Shown here: positions 17,527 through 28,265 of the stretch, one piece after another
Numbering within the stretch: the first letter of the stretch is position 1
Layout of the letters: each line of letters starts with the position of its first letter
From: a virus
Lineage: Duplodnaviria; Caudoviricetes
Length of the DNA stretch: 64,000 bases
Reading direction: 5' to 3' (one strand)
IMG/VR virus record: IMGVR_UViG_3300014206_000010
Location: 24,452-88,451 of that record
Notes under the pieces: model-generated
Seen by the model: only the letters and a program-made list of their open reading frames with translations
Told to the model about the DNA's origin: nothing
Databases searched by the model: none
Translations under genes and position numbers: made by a program

Positions 17527-19005
17527 TTATGCTGAAAAATCTTTTATGAAACCAAGAAAATGTTTTGCTCTCGTAAATGCAACATATACAAGATTACGTT
17601 CTTGTTCAGCCATCCAAGGAACGGTCATGCAATATTTCAAATACAATTTATCTTCACAAATAATAAACACTTTGTCACTTTCTAAACCTTTTGCTTTATG
17701 AATTGTACTCAAACAAATACCGTTCTTGTTATCATCTGAAAAAATCATTTTTATTCGGTCAATAACTTCTTGAGTTAATATCAAACCTTCTGATAAAACT
17801 TCAATGGCTTTTAATTTGTCTTCATAAATTTTATAGATTTCAGTTTCTCTTGCTTCTGCTGCAGTGCAATTCTGCTTTGTAACCACTTTTCCTATTATCC
17901 GTGATAATTCCCTTTCAAGTCTTTCCATTACATCCTTAATCTGCTTGCGATTGGTTTTCTTAATCATGTTAATAAGATTAGTTCCTATGTCTCTACCTTT
18001 GACATATGCTTTAACTCCTGAGCCTATATATTCCATACATAATTTAATCAATGGAGCTGTAACTCTACAGAGTATCATATCACCATCTTTAACATCTGCT
18101 ATAACGCTTTCCCTACTTACTACACCTGATGGCGCTTCTTTTCTTGCTTTTATTTGAGGAACAATTTCTTTGGCCATTTCTATTATATTTGCATCACAAC
18201 GATAACAAACTGAAAGAGGAAGTTTAACGGTATGGGGAATATTTTTCAATAAATTAAAACTTTCAACGTCAGCTCCAGCAAAACCATATATTGCTTGTCT
18301 TGGATCGCCAACCGCAACGAAACGACCAGTAGGTTTCAAACATTTCAAAAATAAGTTTCTTTGAGCTGTATTTAAATCCTGACATTCATCTATAAAGACC
18401 CAATCATATTGATTCATTCGTAATTTTTTTACATTGGGGAAATAAATCATATCAGTAAAATCTATAATTTGAGTTTCACTTTCTCCCCATTTTATTCCTT
18501 TAATTGCAATATCAATTTCATTATTCAAAATATCAATATTATGTTTGAAAGCTATATCATCAAGTTCCCTTTCAGTATTTATTAGATTTACTCTACCGAG
18601 GTCAATTAACTTTATAATATTTTGTTTCCAATTATACATTTCTTCATTTGTTAATGTAATATTAGATTTCAATATTCCATACTTTATTCCATTATTAACC
18701 CAAGAAATATATTTATCTTTAGATAATTTAGAATTCAAAGAACGCATAACCGCTGAAGCTCCAAGGCTATGAAGAGTTTTGATTTCCACATTATCCATAT
18801 TTCCAATCTTTATTTTTAATTCTTCAACAATAGCTTTATTAAAAGCTAAAAACAACACTTTTTTATTCTTAGGAATAAGTTTCAAAGCATTAACAATTGT
18901 AGTTGATTTTCCTGAACCTGCAACGGCATCAATAACAACGTTTCCTTTCCCCTTTTGAATATAAATGTAAACAGCTTTTTGATATTTACTTGGTATGAAT
19001 GTCAT
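17527..19005 (-). CDS. UvrD/Rep-like SF1 helicase (copy 1)
   Basis: AVAGSGKST, LAFNK, IDECQD, VGDPRQAIYGF, SVCYRC, STIHKAKGLE, YVAFTRAK. Confidence 0.9.
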   Translation of the reverse strand: MTFIPSKYQKAVYIYIQKGKGNVVIDAVAGSGKSTTIVNALKLIPKNKKVLFLAFNKAIVEELKIKIGNMDNVEIKTLHSLGASAVMRSLNSKLSKDKYISWVNNGIKYGILKSNITLTNEEMYNWKQNIIKLIDLGRVNLINTERELDDIAFKHNIDILNNEIDIAIKGIKWGESETQIIDFTDMIYFPNVKKLRMNQYDWVFIDECQDLNTAQRNLFLKCLKPTGRFVAVGDPRQAIYGFAGADVESFNLLKNIPHTVKLPLSVCYRCDANIIEMAKEIVPQIKARKEAPSGVVSRESVIADVKDGDMILCRVTAPLIKLCMEYIGSGVKAYVKGRDIGTNLINMIKKTNRKQIKDVMERLERELSRIIGKVVTKQNCTAAEARETEIYKIYEDKLKAIEVLSEGLILTQEVIDRIKMIFSDDNKNGICLSTIHKAKGLESDKVFIICEDKLYLKYCMTVPWMAEQERNLVYVAFTRAKHFLGFIKDFSA

Positions 19006-19036
19006 AATATTGAGTATTTAATTTGTAATTCTGTAA

Positions 19037-19067
19037 TAAAGTTATTACTTTGTTTTCAAATTACAAA
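19037..19067 (-). promoter_or_regulatory. Variant Bacteroidota-type promoter (TTTG-N19-TAACTTTA)
   Basis: Same 19-nt spacing, about 30 nt upstream of the helicase ATG. Confidence 0.5.
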
Positions 19068-19115
19068 ATAATTTTATTGTTTTCTTTGCTAAATTTAACT
19101 TTGTTTAACTTAAAC

Positions 19116-19145
19116 AAAAAAAAGGAGCCACTTTTATGCAGCTCC
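19116..19145 (-). terminator. Rho-independent terminator
   Basis: GGAGC...GCTCC stem followed by U8 on the minus strand. Confidence 0.6.
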
Positions 19146-19169
19146 TCCTCTGTTTTTAACAATAATTAA

Positions 19170-19466
19170 TTAAACATTCAATATTAAATTATTATTTTCA
19201 GCTAAATCAATTAATTTCTTTTCTGAAGGAATCCAACCGCAAACAAATATTAATTTAAATCCTTGTGCTTTAGCAGCTTTATACCAAGCGTTTGATAATG
19301 TTTTAAATCGTTTGCTATTCATATATAAATCAAAATCTGATATAGAAACTTCCCACCAAATGTAAGTCATGGGAGTATTGCCTGTTTTATAAGAATAAAC
19401 AACAATGCCTTCTTTCAGACTTTCAATTTTCTTAATAACGTTTAATATGAATTTTTCTATTTTCAT
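19170..19466 (-). CDS. Hypothetical protein
   Basis: ORF track. Confidence 0.6.
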   Translation of the reverse strand: MKIEKFILNVIKKIESLKEGIVVYSYKTGNTPMTYIWWEVSISDFDLYMNSKRFKTLSNAWYKAAKAQGFKLIFVCGWIPSEKKLIDLAENNNLILNV

Positions 19467-19470
19467 TTTA

Positions 19471-21396
19471 TTATCTTAATTCACAAGCTCCACCAGAACA
19501 TCCAATTGCTGTCAATTCTCCAGAAAAAATATCTTTACGGTTACTCATTATTGAATTGAAATCAATATCATTATTATCAAGATAATCTTTGATATCATTA
19601 TATTCTTTTTCAACATCTTCTGAAGATAATCTTTGAAATGGAGCATTATCATAAATTTGATCTCCGAGTTTTGGCAATAACGATACTCCAGTAAAAAGAT
19701 AATCTTCAGTAAATAAAACAGCAGCCACTTCATCCCATTCATTTTCAGCAACTTCTACAGTAGCAGATACATTATTAGAAACCGCTCTGGTTGTTAAACT
19801 TCCTTTATTTATCCAATAATGTTTTACCATACTAATAAACTTCAAATGTTCAACAGCAGAAACATCATCTTTAACAACCAAATTCTTATTCAAAGATTCA
19901 ATTGGAAAACTTATAACCGCTTCATCTCCTCTTAAAACTTTAACCATAGGAGTATCTTTCAATGCTAAAAACTCTGGACTATAAGTTTTGATACGAACTC
20001 TGCGCAAATATTTATGAGCATGAGCTGGATGAATACCACTACAAAATAATCCAAGTATGCTTGATGCATTTCCACTCGGTTTAACAGTAGTACAAGTTCT
20101 ACTTTTATTTATTCCAAAATTAGCAGCATATTTAGCATTGGTTTCAGCAACTATATAAGCTCCTTCCCTCAATACTTCACCTCTTAAAATAGGATTGGCA
20201 TAAATACCTGTAATGCTTACTCCTATGGCTCTATCACGTTCAACTATTTCTTTAGAAGCCGAAGAAAGATATTTGAAATTAGTATAAAGAGATTGAATTG
20301 TTGCTACAAAAGAAGATACCTTACAAGCCTCATAAAAATCTTCTTTTGTCTTAATTCTTTCAGCATTAATTTCTACAAGATTGCAAAATGCAAAACCAGT
20401 TCTTCCATTAATAGTAGGCTTCATTACTATTTCTGCACAAGGATTAACCGTATATTCAAAATTCTTTACATTTATAAATCCTGGTTCACCGAATTGTCTG
20501 ATAACAGATAATTTTTCCTTTAATTCCTTGTAAGAAATTGAATCTTTGAAAGTAGTTAATATACTATTGTTAGCCATAGCTCTTTGAGGATTTTCAACCC
20601 ACCAATTCCCTGTTTTTGCTTTTAACATTAAATCATCATTCTTATCGAATAATGCTATCATAGCAGAACGTCTTACACCTCCACTAACTACACTATCAGC
20701 GATATGACAACAAATATCATGAATTTCAATACTATTCAATTTTCTTCCTTGTGCAGAATCTATAATTTTTATTATGTTTTTTATAGCTTTCCTTAAAGGT
20801 TCTGGTCCTGGTGCTGCAAATTTATTATCAATTAAAGCTCCTTCTGGACGAATTAAATCATAATGTATATTAGGAATTTCGCCATTAAATTTCGCTGTCA
20901 TTAATTCTTTAATACCTAAAGACCAGCCTTCAATGGAATCGGGAATCTGAAATAACGGTCGTTTAAATCCAGTAGATTTTTTTACAACTGGTAATTTATT
21001 TATATATTCTTTATGCAAAGAATATCCTACTCCACATCCACATAATAATAAGTACATTATTTCATCAAACACTTCTACTCTGTCAATAAAAGTGCTACAA
21101 CAATTATACAACTTTGCTTCATGTTTTAAAACACCGCTGTTCTTACTTGAAGAAGCAAATTGCCTTCCCCTTTGTGAAGATAGTATTTTTTTATTATACT
21201 CAAGTTTTTTTGCTTTATCAATCATTGACGAGACATCAGAATCCATTAAATTAATGTCAGTTAATTTAACTTTATGCATATCATAAATTCTGTCAATTGT
21301 TTCATTCCAAGTTTCCAAAATACCATTATCTTTTTTTTGAGCGTATTTGGAAAGGAATACATAATCTGCTAATAAATCAATGCTACTTTTATTCAT
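19471..21396 (-). CDS. nrdJ: Class II (adenosylcobalamin-dependent) monomeric ribonucleotide reductase
   Basis: LYNC, GCGVG, TVNPCAEI (thiyl Cys), FCNLVEIN, TTVKPSG, C-terminal GCSGGACE Cys pair. Confidence 0.9.
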   Translation of the reverse strand: MNKSSIDLLADYVFLSKYAQKKDNGILETWNETIDRIYDMHKVKLTDINLMDSDVSSMIDKAKKLEYNKKILSSQRGRQFASSSKNSGVLKHEAKLYNCCSTFIDRVEVFDEIMYLLLCGCGVGYSLHKEYINKLPVVKKSTGFKRPLFQIPDSIEGWSLGIKELMTAKFNGEIPNIHYDLIRPEGALIDNKFAAPGPEPLRKAIKNIIKIIDSAQGRKLNSIEIHDICCHIADSVVSGGVRRSAMIALFDKNDDLMLKAKTGNWWVENPQRAMANNSILTTFKDSISYKELKEKLSVIRQFGEPGFINVKNFEYTVNPCAEIVMKPTINGRTGFAFCNLVEINAERIKTKEDFYEACKVSSFVATIQSLYTNFKYLSSASKEIVERDRAIGVSITGIYANPILRGEVLREGAYIVAETNAKYAANFGINKSRTCTTVKPSGNASSILGLFCSGIHPAHAHKYLRRVRIKTYSPEFLALKDTPMVKVLRGDEAVISFPIESLNKNLVVKDDVSAVEHLKFISMVKHYWINKGSLTTRAVSNNVSATVEVAENEWDEVAAVLFTEDYLFTGVSLLPKLGDQIYDNAPFQRLSSEDVEKEYNDIKDYLDNNDIDFNSIMSNRKDIFSGELTAIGCSGGACELR

Positions 21397-21974
21397 ATCA
21401 TTTTATTCATATCATTTTTATTCTTTCTTTCTTTCAGTAAATTCAAATGTATTGTTTCATCTGCTACTAATTTAGACAAAAATTGTAATGCTATTTTTAT
21501 AGTAGTAGTTTCTTCGATTTTTAATAATTTATTTTCTAATTTTTCATAAAAATCAATTGTTTTTTCTTCTGATTTAATAGCTATGTTAATAGCTTCTTCA
21601 ATATCTTTACCGATGGTTACACTTGAAGTGTTGAAACGTTGGTCAATCCTTCCTCCGATTTTACGAATGAAATCAGATAATTTAGAATAATGCTTCATTT
21701 CAGTCAAAGCTATTCCAAGCATAAGTTCTCCAATATCTTCAAAAGTAGCTTCCTGAGTAGTGTACATATGAATAGCAGTTAATTCAGAAAAATCATTCTG
21801 TCCGTTGTTAATAGGATAAAACCATTCTGCCATTACTCCATCATCAGGTTTTGCTTTATCAAAATTTGGATATTCAATTTCTGGATTGCTGTAACGCATA
21901 GCATTTACAAGTCCGTCAGTAAGGTCATCAATTTGATTCCTGCTTGATGGCTTCTTTAGAACAAAGTCTCTCAT
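21393..21974 (-). CDS. Ferritin-like (rubrerythrin/bacterioferritin-like) diiron protein
   Basis: SELTAIHMY, EMKHY, SEEKTIDFY, DETIH: paired E/ExxH motifs. Confidence 0.75.
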   Translation of the reverse strand: MRDFVLKKPSSRNQIDDLTDGLVNAMRYSNPEIEYPNFDKAKPDDGVMAEWFYPINNGQNDFSELTAIHMYTTQEATFEDIGELMLGIALTEMKHYSKLSDFIRKIGGRIDQRFNTSSVTIGKDIEEAINIAIKSEEKTIDFYEKLENKLLKIEETTTIKIALQFLSKLVADETIHLNLLKERKNKNDMNKMI

Positions 21975-21986
21975 AATGTTTAATGA

Positions 21987-22430
21987 TTATTTTTTACCAG
22001 TATGACCAAAACCTCCAGCACCTCTTTCTGTTGTTTCTGTAAACCTTTCAGCGCATTCAAATTCTGCTTGTATTACATTTTCAACAAAAACAAATTGAGC
22101 TATTCTTTCACCTCTTTTGAAAGATACTTCTTTATCACCGTGATTTATCAACAAGACATTACATTCTCCCTGATAATCGGAATCAATAGTTCCAGGAGCA
22201 TTTACACAAGTTATTCCATATTTAATAGATAATCCACTTCTGGGTCGTACTTGTGTTTCCATATCTTCAGGAAGCTGCATAAAGATGCCCGTATGAATCA
22301 TTTTTCTTTCACTCGGCTTAATAGTAAAATCTTCATTTGCCTTTACATCAGCTCCTGAACTTCTTGGAGTAACATAGACAGGAAGTTGACCTCCGTTTTT
22401 CAAAATAATCTTTACTTTTCTTTTTTTCAT
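21987..22430 (-). CDS. dut: Trimeric dUTPase
   Basis: SGADV, RPRSGLS, GTIDSDYQGE, ERIAQ, RGAGGFGHTG. Confidence 0.95.
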   Translation of the reverse strand: MKKRKVKIILKNGGQLPVYVTPRSSGADVKANEDFTIKPSERKMIHTGIFMQLPEDMETQVRPRSGLSIKYGITCVNAPGTIDSDYQGECNVLLINHGDKEVSFKRGERIAQFVFVENVIQAEFECAERFTETTERGAGGFGHTGKK

Positions 22431-22512
22431 ATTTTTCTATAATTAATGTTAAATCTTCTTAAAATATAACCTTGAACGATTCTGTTTTTAATATTAATAA
22501 ATTTTAATTTTA

Positions 22513-24195
22513 TTAGATAAAAGAATATCTAAATCCAGTAGATAATTTATTTGCTCCCAATGTAGCAAGCCAAATTGATGAACTGATATCATCGTGTTCT
22601 CCTACGCTTTCAAGACCATGCTCAGTAAATGCAACTGAACCGAGGTCACTGAATATAAGGTCTTTCATGTTTTCTGAAAATTTGTCTCCAATAGGTATAT
22701 GTATTTTACCTCTTTCAAATAAAATAGCAATTCCTGGCCAACCTGTTTTTAAATCATATTTATCTATTCCAGTAGTGTGCCCCATTACAGGCATCCCTTG
22801 TTTATCTCCTTCTTGTACAAATATTTGCTGAAAAGTATTCTGTTCCATTACTATACAATTGGGTCTGAATCTTACATTTAATCCTTTTAATATTTGCATC
22901 TGTTCATGGAATGTCTTTCCCTTATCTCTGTAAATATTTAATAAATACATTTCTCTTGTATCATCTTCAACTCCCCAAGTAGAAAATACAGTATAATCAC
23001 TTCCAACATTTGCAGAAATAGCAAAGTCACATCCCATAACAACTTTATTAAACTTCATAGGAAAATCATCACGATTTCTAACAAGCGTATAATTCTCCAT
23101 TCTAACCAAAGAACGCTCCAAAATCTTTAATGGAAATATTGATGATTCATTTGTAATAGGACGACAAAGATTTTCTCTTGAAAAGATTATATTTCCTTGA
23201 GTTTGTTTTTTATCCATTAAGTCAGCAAAACTCCAACGCTGGGGCCATAATATACGTCCGTCAGGAAATATAGCAGGATATTCAATTACAAACCATCCTT
23301 TTTTACTGGCTTTACTTCTTAAATCTCCGTATAAATCTGAAGCATGAAAAGGAGTTCCGACAACAATTATTTGTCCTCCAGGAACAAGCATATTCATAAT
23401 TACTGAATGAAAATAGTCAATGCTCTTTTTTCTTTGTAGAGAACTGTATATGACGTTATCTTTTAATCCATCATCAACTACTATCCAATATGGATGAGCA
23501 CCACGTACTGACGACCCAAACCCCTTACACGTCAACCTCGCTCCGTTCTTACATACTATGTTAGTTGAAGCCCAAGCTCCTGCGTTACGAGTATCGGGAA
23601 ATAATCTATCTTTTAATACATCATTATTTTCAATTGTTCCTTTTAATATTTCCATTAAATCAACAGATTGCTGAAGAGAAAAGCTAAACAAATATCCTCT
23701 GTTAGAATTTGATTTTGTAGGTCTTGCTGAAAATACACTACTTTTTGGCTTAGAATATCGATATAATTGCCAAGCAGCGTAAGCATTGGAAAAATAATAG
23801 GACTTCCCGTGGTCTCTCGCTGCGTTGATACACAACTTTCTATGTCTGTGAACTAAATCCCCCCACTCAAGATGATGCCATGATAATTGAAAATCAGGCA
23901 TAACAGAAGTTATAAAATATGTTAGATTTTTGTTTCTTAGAGTTTCTTCTATAGATAATGAAAGTCTTTCAGTATATTTAGGAGCAAAATCAACTTTTGT
24001 ATCTCCAGTAAACATTACCTGAAAAGTATCTTTCATCAAATTATCTAATACCCAATCTAAATCTCCTTCTGATCCCTGCATTAATTCCAGTATGCCTTTG
24101 TCATCCATGCCGTCAATTATCTCATCAACTATATTTAGACATTCAAGTCTATGCATTGGAGATTGTAACAAAGTAGTTTTACCAATATCTGCCAT
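22513..24195 (-). CDS. terL: Terminase large subunit
   Basis: AARDHGKS Walker A, IVVDD Walker B, VVGTP; nuclease MGCDFA..SDYT..EQN..HDD. Confidence 0.92.
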   Translation of the reverse strand: MADIGKTTLLQSPMHRLECLNIVDEIIDGMDDKGILELMQGSEGDLDWVLDNLMKDTFQVMFTGDTKVDFAPKYTERLSLSIEETLRNKNLTYFITSVMPDFQLSWHHLEWGDLVHRHRKLCINAARDHGKSYYFSNAYAAWQLYRYSKPKSSVFSARPTKSNSNRGYLFSFSLQQSVDLMEILKGTIENNDVLKDRLFPDTRNAGAWASTNIVCKNGARLTCKGFGSSVRGAHPYWIVVDDGLKDNVIYSSLQRKKSIDYFHSVIMNMLVPGGQIIVVGTPFHASDLYGDLRSKASKKGWFVIEYPAIFPDGRILWPQRWSFADLMDKKQTQGNIIFSRENLCRPITNESSIFPLKILERSLVRMENYTLVRNRDDFPMKFNKVVMGCDFAISANVGSDYTVFSTWGVEDDTREMYLLNIYRDKGKTFHEQMQILKGLNVRFRPNCIVMEQNTFQQIFVQEGDKQGMPVMGHTTGIDKYDLKTGWPGIAILFERGKIHIPIGDKFSENMKDLIFSDLGSVAFTEHGLESVGEHDDISSSIWLATLGANKLSTGFRYSFI

Positions 24196-24281
24196 AATAA
24201 CTTCTTTCTTTTATACGACAAAAAGCTAACAATGATTTTATACAATGTTAGCTTTAATTATTTTATAATTAGAATCTTCTT

Positions 24282-25064
24282 TTAAAAAGATATCGTTCCT
24301 TTAATTGTCTCATGTAAAGTATCATACATTTTTTGTTTTTCTTCAGAACTTAATTCTTCATCTGAATCAATTGAAGATTTGAATCTCAATATATCGTTGT
24401 TCATAACTTTACACAATGCAAGAATTTCAGTTTGAATTGTTGAATGACAACTCTTCTTATCAAAATTAAGTTTGAATTCGTGAGTACCCTTTGTGAATTC
24501 TAACATACCAAACGCTCTTAACAATTGAAATACTTGATTTGCTGTGCCGTGAGACAAATTAGTTTTTTTTACAACTTCAGTTCTGGTAAAAATTACTTCG
24601 TTTGCTTTTTCAATTGGTTTGCCTCCTGTGAGTATCATCCAGAGTTTGATACATTGGTCTTTAGCATGAAGTCTATTTGAAGTATCATTCAAAAAATCTC
24701 CAATACTTCTTTTTTCAATTCCTTTTTCCAAACCTCTGGTTTCAAGATAATCATGAATAATACGTTCTTCAAGGACAACAACTTTTACTCCGTTTTCTTT
24801 AGCAGAATCAATTGCTGCATTTGCAACAATAGGATTTAAACAAGCCATAAGAAGAACAGATTGTTCAACTGGTATTTTCTTAATAGGCTTAGCAGAAAAT
24901 TCTTCAGGTGCTTTAGGTTCTTGATTATCTACTTTTTTAACTACTTTCTTGACCTTCTTAACCTTCTTAGTAGAAACTTTACCTGTGACAAGGGCAGCTT
25001 CAATTTCTGCTTTTGTTCTTCTTTTCCTTTTAGGAACTTTTTGATTTTTTAATTCGTCTGACAT
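24282..25064 (-). CDS. Hypothetical protein (basic N-terminus, possible winged helix)
   Basis: ORF track; FTRTEVVKKTNLSHGTANQVFQLL is HTH-like. Confidence 0.55.
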   Translation of the reverse strand: MSDELKNQKVPKRKRRTKAEIEAALVTGKVSTKKVKKVKKVVKKVDNQEPKAPEEFSAKPIKKIPVEQSVLLMACLNPIVANAAIDSAKENGVKVVVLEERIIHDYLETRGLEKGIEKRSIGDFLNDTSNRLHAKDQCIKLWMILTGGKPIEKANEVIFTRTEVVKKTNLSHGTANQVFQLLRAFGMLEFTKGTHEFKLNFDKKSCHSTIQTEILALCKVMNNDILRFKSSIDSDEELSSEEKQKMYDTLHETIKGTISF

Positions 25065-25126
25065 AACAATTTAATTTACATTTATTTTAAAAATATAACT
25101 GTTTTATTTTTAGGTTAAAAACTTTA

Positions 25127-25789
25127 TTATTTGTTTACACATTTGAATTCAAAGAATTCATTTCCCTTGCTTCTTGACTTATTTTTGTCAACCAAAATAT
25201 CTCCTTTTTTGGAACGAAGTTTTTTCATGTACCAACGCAATAAATCCGCTGTAGCTTCTACATCATTCATGGCTCCGTGAGCATCTGTTAATTTAATTTT
25301 AGCTGCTTCACAAGACGCTCCTAAATTAATTTTTTCTTTTCCTAAAATACCAAATGATAATTTTGCTAAAACAAGAGTGTCTATGAAATTAGGATACATC
25401 CATTCTTCAATAGTAGATTTTTTACAAAAATTAAGAGCCCAATTTAGCATACGAATATCAAATGTTACATTATGCCCTACTGGTATGAGTCTTCCCATTT
25501 CTCTTTTTCTTGTTTTAACTCTATGAATTTCCCAAAATTCAATAGCAGTAGCAATAAAATCTTTAACAGACATTCCTGAATTAATATCGGACATATTTAC
25601 CATAGTCCTGTTTAATGCTTGTTGTTCGATAACTAAATCAGCATAAGGTTTTACAAAAGTTTCCCAACGATCTATCTCTTTTAAGGTTTTACCGTCAAGA
25701 ATAACTGCAGCATATTGAGTTATTGGATTTTTCGATTCAATCAATCCTCCTGTTTCGCAGTCAAAAACAATATAATTACTTTTTATCAT
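25127..25789 (-). CDS. DEDDh 3'-5' exonuclease (DnaQ-like)
   Basis: VFDCETGG, GHNVTFD, DAHGAMNDV. Confidence 0.88.
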   Translation of the reverse strand: MIKSNYIVFDCETGGLIESKNPITQYAAVILDGKTLKEIDRWETFVKPYADLVIEQQALNRTMVNMSDINSGMSVKDFIATAIEFWEIHRVKTRKREMGRLIPVGHNVTFDIRMLNWALNFCKKSTIEEWMYPNFIDTLVLAKLSFGILGKEKINLGASCEAAKIKLTDAHGAMNDVEATADLLRWYMKKLRSKKGDILVDKNKSRSKGNEFFEFKCVNK

Positions 25790-25808
25790 ATCAATGTATT
25801 AAATAATG

Positions 25809-25848
25809 AAACCGTGTAACTTACTTAACTTTGAGCCACACGGTTTTT
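25809..25848. terminator. Stem-loop / likely terminator
   Basis: aaaccgtgt ... acacggttt inverted repeat with flanking A/T runs. Confidence 0.5.
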
Positions 25849-25936
25849 TATTTTGCCTATTTAACAAATCTTTTCTGAATTTAAAGTCCAGTAAGATAAT
25901 AATTTTCAAAATTAAATTTTTCGAGGTCGAATAGGC

Positions 25937-26311
25937 TTATATAAAAGAAGAAAAAATTATATCATTAATATTATTTCGTTTGCCGAAATCATAAGTAATA
26001 TTTGAAAATCGTTGATTATTTATTATGATAGAAAGTAAATTGTTTGTATTATTATATTTATTCTTTTCTTTACTGGGATAAATAAGTTCATCCATGAACA
26101 CATACAACTGCATCACATCTGAAGTAACTTGCACATCTGTCCTTTGGCAGAAATTAAAATTAATAACAGTTTTCAGAGTTTCAACTGAAAATACGGATTG
26201 AATTACTTCTGTTTTAAAATTCTTACTAACATCTTTGTCAGTAGGAATTGCTTTAACAGATACGGTAAACAGAAGCATAACCGTAATCGTCATAAAAATC
26301 AATTTTTTCAT
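25937..26311 (-). CDS. Hypothetical protein with signal peptide
   Basis: MKKLIFMTITVMLLFTVSVKA signal-like N-terminus. Confidence 0.55.
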   Translation of the reverse strand: MKKLIFMTITVMLLFTVSVKAIPTDKDVSKNFKTEVIQSVFSVETLKTVINFNFCQRTDVQVTSDVMQLYVFMDELIYPSKEKNKYNNTNNLLSIIINNQRFSNITYDFGKRNNINDIIFSSFI

Positions 26312-26432
26312 TTTTATAAATTATTTTTGATTTACAACAGCTTCTTCAATGTAGGTGTAGTTTTAACCTATCTCACTATTGTTTTTACTACTTTGTTTTT
26401 GAATCAAATACTTTATACTTATATTTGATAAA

Positions 26433-27059
26433 TTACTGTTCTTCGTAATTTACTCCATCGTCAGCGGCATTCGTATTAGATTTAGAAGTTTTTTTACAAC
26501 TTTCAGATACTTTAGCTGCTTGCGTGCCAACTTTATTATCTGTTTCTGTAGTTTCTTTAACTCTTTTTTTATCTTCCTCTAAATCTTTGAAAATCATTCG
26601 AGAAATAGGACAATCTTTTTTATTTTCACGTTTTTCGCATATTTCATGGTCAATAATTGCATGAATTTTCAACTTAATATCAGTTTCATTAGGTTTAAAA
26701 GATTCAGAAAAATCATTAAGAAAATCATTAAGACTATTCTCAAAATTCCTTTCACCTGCTTTGAACCCCTTCTTATATTGTTCGTTTGCTACTTTTAAAA
26801 TAATATCAGAATTTGATTTTGCAACAATATTAATTGCATCGTCAATAATTTTCTTAACTTCTTCTTTTTGAGCGAACTTTTGATTTTTTACATTCAAAAT
26901 ATATTTCAGATTATTCATTACCATTTGAATAGCAACCGCTCCGTCAGTATTGCCTCTTCTGCGATAAGTATGATTACTAAACCATAAAGCATTCCAAATA
27001 ATAATTCTTTCAGTTTTATTAAGTAAAAGACCTAACATAATTTTTTTGATTTTCTTCAT
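26433..27059 (-). CDS. Hypothetical protein
   Basis: ORF track. Confidence 0.6.
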   Translation of the reverse strand: MKKIKKIMLGLLLNKTERIIIWNALWFSNHTYRRRGNTDGAVAIQMVMNNLKYILNVKNQKFAQKEEVKKIIDDAINIVAKSNSDIILKVANEQYKKGFKAGERNFENSLNDFLNDFSESFKPNETDIKLKIHAIIDHEICEKRENKKDCPISRMIFKDLEEDKKRVKETTETDNKVGTQAAKVSESCKKTSKSNTNAADDGVNYEEQ

Positions 27060-27376
27060 TTTGCTTTTTTTATTTTATTTGTTAATAAATCGAAACTTCT
27101 CCAACTTTCTGTGTAAACTAAATTCCATTTCCCCTTGTCATCTTTTCTTATGACTTTCACAAATCTTTGTTTAAATTCTTCATCATTATATCCTTTAGCA
27201 TATTTAAACTTACCGTCATATTTATGATTTGGTATTTGTTCTTCAAAGGGTGCTATTTTTACCACTTCTCCTTTTTTCCAAGGCTTTGGTAAATATTTAT
27301 TGTGAGATTCAGATTCAGGATTTCCGTTCACTACAATAAATTTTGGTAATTTTTCTTTATTTGTTATTGCTTTCAT
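27056..27376 (-). CDS. Hypothetical protein
   Basis: ORF track; ATGA overlap. Confidence 0.6.
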   Translation of the reverse strand: MKAITNKEKLPKFIVVNGNPESESHNKYLPKPWKKGEVVKIAPFEEQIPNHKYDGKFKYAKGYNDEEFKQRFVKVIRKDDKGKWNLVYTESWRSFDLLTNKIKKAK

Positions 27377-27420
27377 TTTAATAATACATTTAATGTATAA
27401 TTATAAACTTTGCTAAACAT

Positions 27421-27462
27421 AAAAAGAACGGAGAAGCAAACATTATTCGCAAAACTCCGTTC
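27421..27462 (-). terminator. Rho-independent terminator
   Basis: gaacggag ... ctccgttc stem with a U-run on the minus strand. Confidence 0.55.
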
Positions 27463-27487
27463 CATTTTTTTTAAAAAAAATTTGATG

Positions 27488-27796
27488 CTATTTTTTAGCA
27501 GCTTTCTTTCCTGACTTAACAGGTTCAATTACTTTTTTGATTGTAGTTGTAGGAGTAAATTTCAGTGTATGACTTTCTTTTACATCCATAGGCTTTTTTG
27601 TCAAAGGATTCATTCCTTTACGAGCCTTATTGACTTTCTGTCTAAACTTACCAAGAGTTGGTAAATTAACATCATCACCATTTTCTACACAAGCTTCAAC
27701 AATCACTTCGCTCAAAGCGTCAACAACTTTGTTTACGTCTGTTTGAGTAATACCAGCTTTTTTAGCCACTGCGGCTACCAATTCATACTTTTTCAT
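27488..27796 (-). CDS. hup: HU-family DNA-binding protein
   Basis: MKKYELVAAVA..AGITQ, LPTLGKF, ARKGMNPLT..., LKFTP. Confidence 0.92.
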   Translation of the reverse strand: MKKYELVAAVAKKAGITQTDVNKVVDALSEVIVEACVENGDDVNLPTLGKFRQKVNKARKGMNPLTKKPMDVKESHTLKFTPTTTIKKVIEPVKSGKKAAKK

Positions 27797-27847
27797 TTTT
27801 TTTTACAATTAAATTAAACAATTATCACAGTTCACTATACCTGTTTT

Positions 27848-28264
27848 TCAAATTTCAATAACGCTGAGACCTTCTGTTTTTAGTATTTCTAACAATTTTT
27901 CCATTTTTTCATCCCTTACTTTTTCAGTAATATACCACATAGATAAATCGGTTTTTGTAATGAAATTTCCTGGCGTTAATCCTTTATTGATTGTTATACC
28001 GTATTCCCAATGAGCCTTTGGTTTTTCTAAAAATCTCATATCTTCTTCAATGGTATGTAAATCATATGCTGAAATTGATATTCCTTCTTCTTGAAAGTTT
28101 ATCATTAATTTTTTTAATCTCTTAGGCTCTTCTTCCTCATCATCAAGTGAATCATCTTCTTCGTCATCATAATCAGATGACTTTTTGGAAGTTGTTTTAG
28201 TTTTCTTTTGATATTGAACTTTACCGCTTTTTTCCGGAATTTGACTTGTTCTAACTTTTACCAT
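27848..28264 (-). CDS. Hypothetical protein
   Basis: ORF track. Confidence 0.6.
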   Translation of the reverse strand: MVKVRTSQIPEKSGKVQYQKKTKTTSKKSSDYDDEEDDSLDDEEEEPKRLKKLMINFQEEGISISAYDLHTIEEDMRFLEKPKAHWEYGITINKGLTPGNFITKTDLSMWYITEKVRDEKMEKLLEILKTEGLSVIEI

Positions 28265-28265
28265 A

